From positions 64,001 through 128,000 of the forward strand of contig CAVPSB010000023.1 of assembly GCA_963708025.1 (NCBI GenBank): 64,000 nt of DNA. Reading direction: 5' to 3'. How positions within the stretch are numbered: the stretch's first letter is position 1; every line of letters begins with the position of its first letter. The translations under genes and the position numbers were made by a program. Origin of the DNA: an uncultured Candidatus Rokubacteria bacterium. Lineage in GTDB: Bacteria; Methylomirabilota; Methylomirabilia; Rokubacteriales; DASRDR01. Shown here piece by piece: positions 49,385-58,302 of this stretch. Under the pieces are notes generated by a model. It saw only the letters and a program-made list of their open reading frames with translations, was not told the origin of the DNA and did no database searches.

Positions 49385-50863
49385 TTGTTCGCGTGTCTGT
49401 GGGCGCCCCACTTCGCGGCGGCGGCGCTGCTGCGGAGCGATCCCGGACTGCGCGACCGGCCGGTGGCCGCCCTCGCGGGGACCGAGACGACCCGCACGGT
49501 GTTCGAGCCGAGCCCGGAGGCGTGGGCCGCTGGCGTCCGGCCGGGCATGAGCGCCGGCGAGGCGGTCACGCGCGCCCCCGGCCTCGTCGGCCGGCTGCGT
49601 GACCTCGACGCCGAGCGCTCGGCGGCGGCCGCGCTCCTCGACGTCGCCATGGCCACCTCGCCGCGCGTCGAGGCCGCCGCGCCCGACCGCGTTCACCTCG
49701 ACCTGACCGGGCTCGAGCTCTTCGGTGACGAGCGGCAGATCGGCGAGCGGCTCGCGCTGGGAGCCGCCAGCCTGGATCTGCCGGCGCGCGTTGGCATCGC
49801 GGGGAGCCGCACGGCCGCCGGCCTGGCGACGCGCGCGGCGGCGGGGGTGACGATCGTCCCGGCCGGGGAGGAAGCGGCCTTCCTCGCGCCGCTCCCGGTG
49901 GCGCTCCTCGACCCGCCGGCCGAGCTGGCGACGGCGCTCGAGCGGTGGGGAGTCCGCACCCTGGGCGAGCTGGCGGCGCTCCCGGCGGCCGGGCTTCTCG
50001 CGCGGCTCGGCGTGGAGGCCGCATCGCTCCGGGCCCGCGCGCGGGGTGGGGACGACCAGCCCTTCGTCCCGTACGTGGCCGCCGAGCCGTGCGTCGAGGC
50101 GCTCGCCCTGGACTGGGAGGTCACCCACCTCGACGGGCTCGTCTTCGTCCTTCGCCATCTCCTCGAGCGGCTGGCGGCGCGCCTGGCGCTCTCCGAGCAG
50201 GGCGCCCGCGCCCTCGCGCTGACCGTGGGCCTCGCCGATGGGGCCGTGCACCGGCGGCGACTCGCGCTCGTGGCGCCGCTCCGCGAGGCCCGGACGCTCC
50301 TGGCCCTCCTCCGGGCCGATCTCGACGGGCTCACGCTGCCCGCCCCCGTCGTCTCCCTCGCCGTGGAAGCTGAGCCGGCGCGACTCCGTCCGGCGCAGCC
50401 GGATCTGCTCACCCCGAAGCGCCCGAGCCCGCACGAGCTGGCCCGGACGCTCGGCCAGCTCGGCGCGCTCGTCGGCCCGGACCGGGTTGGCGCCCCCGCG
50501 CTGGGGGACACCCATCGGCCGGACGCGGTCGGCGTGGTCCCGTTCACCGGGGCGGTCGCGCGCCAGGCCGCGGTCGCGGCCCTGACGCTCTCCGACGCCG
50601 GCCGGCTGGCCTGCTGCCGCTTCGCCCCGCCGCTGCCGGCGGTGGTCACCGCGCGCGACGGCCAGCCGCGCCATGTCGAGGCGCCGGGGGTGGCGGGCGC
50701 GGTCGCCGCCTGCGCCGGGCCGTGGCGGACAGCGGGGGAGTGGTGGACCGACACCATCTGGTCGCGCGAGGAGTGGGACGTGGCCCTGGCCGACGGCGCC
50801 GTCTACCGCCTCGTCCTCGACCGCGCCCGCGGCGCCTGGACAGTCAACGCCGTCTACGACTGA
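49385..50863 (+). CDS. imuB: ImuB, inactive Y-family polymerase
   Basis: MFACL, GVRPGM, FLAPLPV..RWGVRTLGELAAL, QPDLL clamp motif, GPWRTAGEWW. Confidence 0.85.
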   Translation: MFACLWAPHFAAAALLRSDPGLRDRPVAALAGTETTRTVFEPSPEAWAAGVRPGMSAGEAVTRAPGLVGRLRDLDAERSAAAALLDVAMATSPRVEAAAPDRVHLDLTGLELFGDERQIGERLALGAASLDLPARVGIAGSRTAAGLATRAAAGVTIVPAGEEAAFLAPLPVALLDPPAELATALERWGVRTLGELAALPAAGLLARLGVEAASLRARARGGDDQPFVPYVAAEPCVEALALDWEVTHLDGLVFVLRHLLERLAARLALSEQGARALALTVGLADGAVHRRRLALVAPLREARTLLALLRADLDGLTLPAPVVSLAVEAEPARLRPAQPDLLTPKRPSPHELARTLGQLGALVGPDRVGAPALGDTHRPDAVGVVPFTGAVARQAAVAALTLSDAGRLACCRFAPPLPAVVTARDGQPRHVEAPGVAGAVAACAGPWRTAGEWWTDTIWSREEWDVALADGAVYRLVLDRARGAWTVNAVYD

Positions 50864-51068
50864 GCGGCCCCTCAGAATCCGACCGTTTTGTGGTGCATCA
50901 GGTGGGACCTGGCTCCGGCTGTGACGCAATCGCCGAGGATGGGTTAGCGCGGATAAGCCCGGATGGGGGTCCGCGGGCAGGGACCGTGAAGCGGGTGGGC
51001 GCAGCTCCCCCGGCCCGACTGAGCGCGAACGGCTCATGCACAGGCAGGGATAGGCACGGGAGGGCATC

Positions 51069-51584
51069 ATGACCGATCTCATCCCGATTGGGCGGATTGC
51101 GCGATCGATTCTCGTCATTCGTGGGCACCGCATCATGCTGGACGCGGATCTGGCTGAGCTCTACGGGGTCCGGACGAAGGCGCTCAATCAGGCTGTCAAG
51201 CGCAACCGAGAACGCTTTCCTGAGGATTTCATGTTCCGGCTGACTCGGGAGGAAAAGGACGAGGTGGTCACCGAGTGTGACCACCTCCGACGACTCAGGT
51301 TCTCCCCCGTGTTGCCCCACGCCTTTACCGAGCACGGTGCCATCATGCTCGCCAGCATCCTGAACAGCCCCGCTGCCGTCTACACCAGCATCCAAGTCGT
51401 CCGCGCGTTCGTACGGCTCCGAGAAGCGATGGCCTCCCACAAGGACCTGGCCCGCAAGCTCGAGGCGCTGGAAAAGAAGTACGACGCACAGTTCAAGGTA
51501 GTGTTCGATGCGATCCGGCGGCTGATGGAGCCACCTCCGCGACCGACGGTGAAGATCGGGTTTCGCCCGGAGAGCGACCGCTAG
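51069..51584 (+). CDS. ORF6N domain protein
   Basis: IRGHRIMLDADLAELYGV.TKALNQAVKRN.ERFPEDFMF, AFTEHG, IGF C-terminus; less GC-biased codons. Confidence 0.92.
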   Translation: MTDLIPIGRIARSILVIRGHRIMLDADLAELYGVRTKALNQAVKRNRERFPEDFMFRLTREEKDEVVTECDHLRRLRFSPVLPHAFTEHGAIMLASILNSPAAVYTSIQVVRAFVRLREAMASHKDLARKLEALEKKYDAQFKVVFDAIRRLMEPPPRPTVKIGFRPESDR

Positions 51585-51880
51585 TGCCGTTCCAACTAGC
51601 CCCGATCGGCGATTACCGGAGACCGATCGCCATACTCGGACCGCTCGGACAGCGACGTTTGGGGGATCGCATGCGTTCGAATGACGGCCACCCACGGGGC
51701 GTTGACATCCACCCGTGGAGCGAGCTTGGCGCGGCGCCAGACCTGGGGCTCGCGTGGTCGCGATCATTCGACGAATCGCCGATCGGGGCTAGATGAGCCA
51801 AAATGGACAAGCGATTCTTGAAGCACCGACGTACCGCATTCCTCGAACGCACTGGCTAGAACAAGTTGGAACGGCACTAG
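51581..51880. mobile_element. Second copy of the 107-bp MITE (inverted) carrying a nested insertion
   Basis: 300 bp minus 193 bp (insert plus one CTAG) equals 107 bp, matching 29413-29519. Confidence 0.88.
51600..51788. mobile_element. Nested 189-bp MITE with 15-bp perfect TIRs and CTAG target duplication
   Basis: CTAG|CCCCGATCGGCGATT...AATCGCCGATCGGGG|CTAG; single CTAG at the empty site 29501-29504. Confidence 0.88.
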
Positions 51881-51893
51881 CCAAGCGGCGGCG

Positions 51894-54800
51894 ATGCCCT
51901 ACGTCGAGCTCTCCGCCGCCAGCGCCTTCAGCTTCCTCGAGGGCGCCTCCCAGCCGGAGGCTCTTGCCGAGCAGGCGGCGGCGCTCGGCTACCCGGCCCT
52001 CGCGCTTGTCGACGCCGACGGGCTCTACGGCGCGGTGCGCTTCTACAAGGCCGCGACCGAGGCCGGCGTCCGCCCACTCGTCGGCACCGCGCTCACCCTC
52101 GACGACGGCGCGCGGCTGCCGGTCCTCGTCGAGACGGCGGAGGGCTACCGGAATCTCTGCCGCCTGCTCACCCGCGTCAAGTTCCGGGCGGCCAAGGGAA
52201 GGGCCCGCGCCCGGCTCGAGGACTTGGAGGGCGAGACCGGCGGGCTCGTCTGCCTGACCGGCGGGGTCGAGGGCCCGCTGGCGGCGGACCTCGGGGCCGG
52301 GCGCCGGGACGCGGCGCGCCGAGCCCTCGAGCGGCTGGTCGGCCTCTTCGGCCGCGGCCGGGTGTACGTGGAGCTCCAGCGGCACTGCACGCGCGAGAGC
52401 GAGCTGCGGACGCGCCGGCTCCTCGAGCTGGCCGGCACGCTCCGCCTGCCGGTGGTCGCGACCAACGGCGTCCGCTACGCCACGCCGCCCGAGCGCCGGG
52501 TCCTCGACGTCTTCACCGCGGTCCGCCACAAGACGACGCTGGACGCCGCCGGCCGGCGCCTCGAGCCGAACCTCGAGCGCTGGCTCAAGCCTCCCGCCGA
52601 GATGGCGCGGCTCTTCGCCGACCAGCCGGCGGCGGTGGCCGAGACGGCCGAGCTGGCCGCGCGCCTGACCTTCACGCTGAAGGACCTCGGTTACCGCTTC
52701 CCGGACTACCCGGTGCCCGGCGGCGGCTCCCCGGGCGCCCATCTGCGCGCGCTGACCGAGGCCGGGGCGCGCGAGCGCTACCGGACGGTCACCGAGCGCG
52801 TCCGCCGCCAGCTCGCCCGTGAGCTGGACCTGATCGAGACGCTCGACCTGGCGGGCTACTTCCTGATCGTCTGGGACATCGTCCGCGAGTGCCGGGCGCG
52901 CGGGATCCTCGTCCAGGGCCGCGGCTCGGCGGCCAACAGCGCGGTCTGCTACAGCCTCGGCATCACCGCGGTCGATCCCGTCGGGATGGATCTCCTCTTC
53001 GAGCGCTTCCTCTCCGAGGAGCGCCACGAGTGGCCGGACATCGACCTCGACCTGCCCTCCGGTGACCGCCGCGAGGCGATCATCCAGTACGTCTACGAGC
53101 GCTACGGGCGGACGGGCGCGGCGATGACGGCCAACGTCATCACCTACCAGCCGCGCCGCGCCGCCCGCGAGGTGGGGAAGGTCCTCGGCTTCCCGCCCGA
53201 CCTCCTCGACCGCCTCGCGAGGTTCCTGCCCAACTTCGAGTACCGCGACCCGACCGACCGGGACCCCGCCCGCCACCTCGCCCGGGTCGGCCTCGACCCC
53301 GCCCACCCGCGCGTCCGCGGCTTCGCTGAGCTGTGGGCACGCGTCCAGGGGCTGCCACGGCACCTCGGCCAGCATTCGGGAGGCCTGGTCCTCTGCGCCG
53401 GCCGTCTCGACGAGATCGTGCCGCTCGAGCCGGCGACCATGCCGGGGCGCACCGTGGTCCAGTGGGACAAGGACGACTGCGCCGACATGCGGATCGTGAA
53501 GGTGGACCTCCTGGGCCTCGGCATGATGGCGGTCCTCGAGGACGCCCTCGTCCTGTGCCGGGAGGCCGGCCACGACGTGGACCTCGCCCACCTGCCGCCG
53601 GACGACCCGGCGGTCTACGCCGCGCTCCAGCGGGCCGACACGATCGGCGTCTTCCAGGTGGAGAGCCGCGCCCAGATGGCGACCCTGCCGCGGCTCCGCC
53701 CCGAGCGCTTCTACGACCTGGTGGTGGAGGTCGCGATCATTCGCCCGGGCCCCATCGTCGGCGACATGGTGCATCCCTACCTCGCCCGCCGCGCGGGCCG
53801 GGCGCCGGTCGCGTATCCCCATCCATCGCTCGCGCCAATCCTCGAGCGCACGCTCGGCGTCCCGCTCTTCCAGGAGCAGCTCCTCCGTATGGCGATGGTC
53901 GCCGCCGGCTTCACCGGCGGCGAGGCCGAGGAGCTGCGCCGGGCCCTGGGCTTCCGGCGCTCGGAGGCGCGGATGAAGGCGGTCGAGGCGAAGCTCCGCG
54001 CCGGCATTGCGCGGAACGGGATCGCCGGCGAGGCGGCCGAGGAGATCGTGCGGGCCATTACCTCCTTCGCGGAGTACGGGTTCCCCGAGTGCGTGGTGGG
54101 CGATACGCGCGTGCTCGACGCCGACACCGGACGCCGAGTTCGGATCGATGATGTCGCGGCCGGACGCGTGCCGATTTCGAGCACGCTGGCCTGTGACGTG
54201 CACCTGCGACTCCAGAAGCGTCGTGTCCTCGGCGCTACGGCGAGCGGTCCCCGGATGGTCTACCGGCTCCGCACCGCTCTCGGCCGAGAGCTTCTGGCCA
54301 CGAGCGAGCACCCGCTGCTGACGATGAGCGGCTGGCGCCCACTCGGCGAGCTTCGCGTCGGCGATCATATCGCGGCGGCCCGCGCACTTCCTGGCCTGGG
54401 GCGGAAACGTTGGCCGCGCCACCACCTGATCGCTCTGGCCGACCTCATCGCCGAGGGCAACCTGTGTCACCCCACGACGATGTACTTCTACACGACAGAT
54501 TGCCGGCAACGCGACGAGTTCGTGGGCGCGGTCGAACAGTTCGACAACACGCGCGCTACCATTGCTCGTCACCGGAGCTGTTTCAGCGTGCACGTTCGCC
54601 GCCGGGACAGAGGGCGTTCCAACGGGGCGATCGAGTGGGCGAAGACGCTCGGAATCTGGGGGTGTGGCGCGCGGGAGAAATACCTGCCCGACGAGGTGTT
54701 CGAGTTACGGGACGCCGATCTCGCGCTGCTGCTCGCTCGTCTGTGGGAGGGCGACGGCTCGCTCTCGTCTAGGGGTCACGCCACATACGACACTGCGTCC

Positions 54801-56264
54801 CACCGGCTCGCTGAGGACGTTCAGCACCTCCTCCTCCGACTCGGGATCGTGTCTCGGCTCTACCGGCGTATTCGCCCGTATCGGGACCGGCAGGTTATCT
54901 GCTTCGTCGTCACCGTGACCGGCCGGGGTAACCTCCGACGGTTTTATCGTCGAATCGCGAGTCGATTTCTCGACTTCCGAAAGCGTCAGATGGCTCGAAC
55001 GCTGGCCGCGTCAGAGGCTCTTCGGGCCTCGCGGGACATCGTCCCCGTGGGGGTCAAGGCGCTCATCGATGCCGAACGTCGGCGCCACGGTATGACCTGG
55101 GAGGCTGTCGGCCATCGAGCCGAAGTGTCCGTGCGAGCCATCTGCTCGCCGGATCGGTCGAAGCGTGGGTATCGCCGGTGGGTAATTGTCCGGCTGGCCG
55201 AAGCCTTCGACTCGCCCGCGCTCGGCGACCTCGGGACATCCGACCTCTACTGGGACCGGATCACGGCGATCGAACCGATCGGCGTTCAGCCGACGTACGA
55301 CTTGCGCATCGAGGGCGATCACAACTTCCTGGCCAACGATCTCGTCGTCCACAACTCTCATGCCGCCAGCTTCGCGCTGCTGGCCTACGCCAGCGCGTAC
55401 CTCAAGGTCCACTACCCGGCCCAGTTCTACGCCGGGCTCCTCAACAACCAGCCGATGGGCTTCTACCACCCGGCCACCCTCGTCAAGGATGCCCAGCGCC
55501 ACGGGCTCGAGATCCGGCCGGTCGACGTCAGCCGCTCGGAGTGGCCGTCGACCGTCGAGGACCGCGCGGTGCGGCTCGGCCTGATGACCGTGAAGGGCTT
55601 CCGCGAGGCGGCCGGCCGGCGGCTCGAGGACGCCCGGCGGGCGCGGCCCTTCGAGTCGGTGGACGACCTCGCGGCGCGGGCCGGGCTCGTGCGGGAGGAA
55701 CTGGTCACGCTCGCCGACATCGGGGCGCTCGGCGCGCTCGGGCTCACGCGGCGGGGTGCCTTGTGGGAGGTCGAGCGCGCGGCCCGGCCCCCGGGGCCCC
55801 TCTGGAGCGGGCAGGCCAGTCTCCAGGAGCCCTCCCCGCTCCGGGAGATGACCGCGGAGGAGCGGCTCGTCGCCGACTACCGGGGAACCGAGCTGACCGT
55901 GGGGCCGCATCCCATGGCCTTCCGGCGGGCCGACCTCGCGCGGCGGGGCGTCACGCCGGCGGCCGGCCTTCGCGCGCTGCCCGATGGCGAGCCGGTCCGG
56001 GTGGCCGGGCAGGTCATCGTCCGCCAGCGCCCCGGCACCGCCAAGGGCTTCGTGTTCCTCTCGCTGGAGGACGAGACCGGCGTCGCCAACGCGATCGTCC
56101 GCCCCCCGCTCTTCGACCGCGAGCGCGCGGTCATCGTCCACGAGCCGTTCCTGCTGGTCGAGGGGACCCTCCAGCACCAGGACGGCGTCGTCTCGATCCG
56201 CGCCCGGCGCGTCTGCCCGCTGCCCCCGCTCGGCGCCCGCGTCCCCTCCCACGACTTCCGCTGA
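51894..56264 (+). CDS. dnaE2: Error-prone DNA polymerase DnaE2/ImuC, intein-containing
   Basis: SAFSFLEGAS, GRGSAANS, PDIDLD, GQHSGG, VRQRPGTAKG, C-terminal SHDFR (DnaE2-type SRDF motif). Confidence 0.95.
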   Translation: MPYVELSAASAFSFLEGASQPEALAEQAAALGYPALALVDADGLYGAVRFYKAATEAGVRPLVGTALTLDDGARLPVLVETAEGYRNLCRLLTRVKFRAAKGRARARLEDLEGETGGLVCLTGGVEGPLAADLGAGRRDAARRALERLVGLFGRGRVYVELQRHCTRESELRTRRLLELAGTLRLPVVATNGVRYATPPERRVLDVFTAVRHKTTLDAAGRRLEPNLERWLKPPAEMARLFADQPAAVAETAELAARLTFTLKDLGYRFPDYPVPGGGSPGAHLRALTEAGARERYRTVTERVRRQLARELDLIETLDLAGYFLIVWDIVRECRARGILVQGRGSAANSAVCYSLGITAVDPVGMDLLFERFLSEERHEWPDIDLDLPSGDRREAIIQYVYERYGRTGAAMTANVITYQPRRAAREVGKVLGFPPDLLDRLARFLPNFEYRDPTDRDPARHLARVGLDPAHPRVRGFAELWARVQGLPRHLGQHSGGLVLCAGRLDEIVPLEPATMPGRTVVQWDKDDCADMRIVKVDLLGLGMMAVLEDALVLCREAGHDVDLAHLPPDDPAVYAALQRADTIGVFQVESRAQMATLPRLRPERFYDLVVEVAIIRPGPIVGDMVHPYLARRAGRAPVAYPHPSLAPILERTLGVPLFQEQLLRMAMVAAGFTGGEAEELRRALGFRRSEARMKAVEAKLRAGIARNGIAGEAAEEIVRAITSFAEYGFPECVVGDTRVLDADTGRRVRIDDVAAGRVPISSTLACDVHLRLQKRRVLGATASGPRMVYRLRTALGRELLATSEHPLLTMSGWRPLGELRVGDHIAAARALPGLGRKRWPRHHLIALADLIAEGNLCHPTTMYFYTTDCRQRDEFVGAVEQFDNTRATIARHRSCFSVHVRRRDRGRSNGAIEWAKTLGIWGCGAREKYLPDEVFELRDADLALLLARLWEGDGSLSSRGHATYDTASHRLAEDVQHLLLRLGIVSRLYRRIRPYRDRQVICFVVTVTGRGNLRRFYRRIASRFLDFRKRQMARTLAASEALRASRDIVPVGVKALIDAERRRHGMTWEAVGHRAEVSVRAICSPDRSKRGYRRWVIVRLAEAFDSPALGDLGTSDLYWDRITAIEPIGVQPTYDLRIEGDHNFLANDLVVHNSHAASFALLAYASAYLKVHYPAQFYAGLLNNQPMGFYHPATLVKDAQRHGLEIRPVDVSRSEWPSTVEDRAVRLGLMTVKGFREAAGRRLEDARRARPFESVDDLAARAGLVREELVTLADIGALGALGLTRRGALWEVERAARPPGPLWSGQASLQEPSPLREMTAEERLVADYRGTELTVGPHPMAFRRADLARRGVTPAAGLRALPDGEPVRVAGQVIVRQRPGTAKGFVFLSLEDETGVANAIVRPPLFDRERAVIVHEPFLLVEGTLQHQDGVVSIRARRVCPLPPLGARVPSHDFR
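54090..55355 (+). mobile_element. 422-aa intein with LAGLIDADG homing endonuclease
   Basis: YGFPE|CVVGDT..ATSEHP..LADLIAEG..LARLWEGDG..TYDL..HNFLANDLVVHN|SHAAS; distinctly less GC-biased codons. Confidence 0.95.
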
Positions 56265-56305
56265 AGTGCCCTCAGCGCGCCATCGGCACGCCATCGGCAC
56301 GACGA

Positions 56306-56334
56306 TTGACGCCGGGAGATCGCCCGGGTAGACT
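56306..56334 (+). promoter_or_regulatory. Sigma70-type promoter of the riboswitch leader
   Basis: TTGACG-17 nt-TAGACT, implying a transcription start near 56341. Confidence 0.75.
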
Positions 56335-56341
56335 GGCGGCG

Positions 56342-56450
56342 GATCGCGGGAGCTCGGGCAAGCCGAGCTGAGAGGGCAGCCAGGGGACGTGGAATCTCTC
56401 GCTGCCGACCGCTGGAACCTGACCTGGGTAATGCCAGCGCAGGGAGCTCG
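56342..56450 (+). ncRNA. TPP riboswitch (THI element)
   Basis: GCGGGAGC..GCTGAGA..GACCGC..GAACCTGACCTGGGTAATGCCAGCGCAGGGAG matches the TPP aptamer core; extra GGCAGC/GCTGCC stem. Confidence 0.92.
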
Positions 56451-56453
56451 CCG

Positions 56454-56492
56454 ACGCCGTGCCGCGACTCCGCGGTGCGGCGTTTTTCGTTT
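56454..56492 (+). terminator. Intrinsic terminator (riboswitch expression platform)
   Basis: ACGCCGTGCCGCG-ACTC-CGCGGTGCGGCGT followed by TTTTCGTTT, just before the GAGGAG SD. Confidence 0.75.
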
Positions 56493-56505
56493 CGAGGAGG
56501 AGACG

Positions 56506-57390
56506 ATGACCAGACGGTTCGTGCTCGTGGTTCTGGCGCTCGGGATCGGGGCGATGCTGACCGGAGGCGTGAGCACTGCTGACGCCCAGCCGAAGTCCCT
56601 CCACCTCGTGCTGACGCCATCGCAGAAGCCGACCGACCTCCTGGTGGCCGGCGAGAAATTCGGCGTCGCGCTCGGGAAGCTGGTCGGCATTCCGGTTCGG
56701 GTGACCGTCGCCTCCGACTACGCGGCCGTGGTGGAGGCGCTCCGTAACAAGACTGCCGACCTCGCGTTCCTGCATCCTGCCGGCTACGTGCTCGCCAACC
56801 GCGAGGCGAAGGCGATGATCATCGCCCAGGACCAGTGGCACGGCAACACGTCGTACCGGTCCCGGATCTTCGTCCGCAAGGACTCGGGGATCAAGACCCT
56901 GGAGGAGCTTCGGGGCAAGACGATCGCCTTCGTCGATCCGACGAGCACGTCGGGATACGTGTGGCCGATGGTCCTGCTCATCAAGCGCGGCCTGGTCCAG
57001 AACCGCGATCCCAAGACGTTCTTCAGGGAGGCGGTCTTCTCCGGCGCCCACGATGCCGCGCTCCAGGCCCTGCTCAATGGCCACGTCGATGCGCTCGCGT
57101 CGTTCGATCAGGCGCGCGAGCAGTACCTGAAGGACCCGGCCGAGCGCGAGAAGGTGACCTGGGTGGCCGAGACCGATCCCATCCCGGAGGGCGGCATCGC
57201 GGGCCGCGAGGGCCTCGACCCCCCGGTCGTGGCGAAGGTCAAGGCGGCGCTGCTGCAGATGCGGGGACCCGAGTATGCCCAGCTCCTCAAGGACCTCTAC
57301 GACATCGACGGCTTCGAGCCCGTCGACGACCGGATCTACGAGCCGGTCCGGGCGGCCATGGACATGCTGGGCTGGCGGCCCAAGCGGTAG
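56506..57390 (+). CDS. PhnD/PtxB-family ABC substrate-binding protein
   Basis: Signal peptide; DYAAVVEAL, YRSRIFV, FVDPTSTSGY, SGAHD. Confidence 0.9.
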   Translation: MTRRFVLVVLALGIGAMLTGGVSTADAQPKSLHLVLTPSQKPTDLLVAGEKFGVALGKLVGIPVRVTVASDYAAVVEALRNKTADLAFLHPAGYVLANREAKAMIIAQDQWHGNTSYRSRIFVRKDSGIKTLEELRGKTIAFVDPTSTSGYVWPMVLLIKRGLVQNRDPKTFFREAVFSGAHDAALQALLNGHVDALASFDQAREQYLKDPAEREKVTWVAETDPIPEGGIAGREGLDPPVVAKVKAALLQMRGPEYAQLLKDLYDIDGFEPVDDRIYEPVRAAMDMLGWRPKR

Positions 57391-57391
57391 C

Positions 57392-57498
57392 GGGCGGGCC
57401 GATGAGCGTCGCATCGCGTCGTCGTTCGGATGGCCTTCGGCCTGTGGGCGCTGCTCGCTCCTCGGCCCGCCCCAGAGAACTTGACTCATCTGCCGTGA
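57392..57498 (+). repeat. Structured intergenic repeat, short form
   Basis: Same outer stem and tail as 35840-36085. Confidence 0.75.
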
Positions 57499-57555
57499 GG
57501 CCGGCGGTTCAAGGAACCTGAGGACGCCGCGGCGCGACGGGTCCCGGCACCGCCG

Positions 57556-58302
57556 ATGATCGAGGTGGAGGGCCTTCGTGTCGTCCTTCCGCCGGACACC
57601 GTGGCGCTCTACGGCGTCGACCTCACCATCGAGGCCGGCGAGCGGGTGATGATCATCGGCCGGAGCGGCGCGGGCAAGACGACCTTTCTCCGCTCGATCA
57701 ACCGGCTCGTCGAGCCGACCGCCGGGACCATCCGGGTCGCCGGGCGTCCGGTGACGGGCGCCGGGCCCACCGAGCTCCGTCAGGTCCGGCGCCAGATCGG
57801 GATGATCTTCCAGCAGTTCAACCTGGTTCGCCGGGTCTCGGTGCTGACCAACGTCCTGGCCGGGCGGCTCGGCTACGTGCCGCCGCTGCCGAGCCTCCTC
57901 GGCCGCTTCCCACCGGCGGACCGGGCGCTCGCGTTGGACTGCCTGGCCCAGGTGGGGCTGGCCGACTTCGCGGACCGCCGGGCCGACACCCTCTCCGGCG
58001 GCGAGCAGCAGCGGGTAGCGATCGCTCGCGCGCTGGCCCAGTCGCCGAGCGTGATCCTGGCCGACGAGCCGACGGCGAGCCTCGACCCGCAGCTCACCGG
58101 GAGCATCATGGGAATCCTCAAGCGGATCAACGAGACGCGCGGGCTCACCCTGGTGGTGAGCCAGCACCAGCTCGAGACCGCGCTCGACTACGCCACGCGC
58201 ATCGTGGGGTTCCGGGCGGGGCACGTCTGCTTCGATGGGCCGCCGGCCGGGGTCACGTCCGCGGTGGTCGAGGCCATCTACGGGGAGGAAGCGCGGAGAT
58301 GA
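57556..58302 (+). CDS. PhnC-like ABC ATP-binding protein
   Basis: [51 protein letters not shown]. Confidence 0.92.
   Translation: MIEVEGLRVVLPPDTVALYGVDLTIEAGERVMIIGRSGAGKTTFLRSINRLVEPTAGTIRVAGRPVTGAGPTELRQVRRQIGMIFQQFNLVRRVSVLTNVLAGRLGYVPPLPSLLGRFPPADRALALDCLAQVGLADFADRRADTLSGGEQQRVAIARALAQSPSVILADEPTASLDPQLTGSIMGILKRINETRGLTLVVSQHQLETALDYATRIVGFRAGHVCFDGPPAGVTSAVVEAIYGEEARR

Noticed and set aside
50864-51893. Prophage remnant around ORF6N
   Set aside because: No integrase, structural or other phage genes; only a single gene with repeats
56276-56311. GCCATCGGCAC tandem repeat or sigma54-like motif upstream of the riboswitch
   Set aside because: The -12 position reads TTGA rather than TTGC, and a well-spaced sigma70 promoter explains the region; the short duplication has no supportable function
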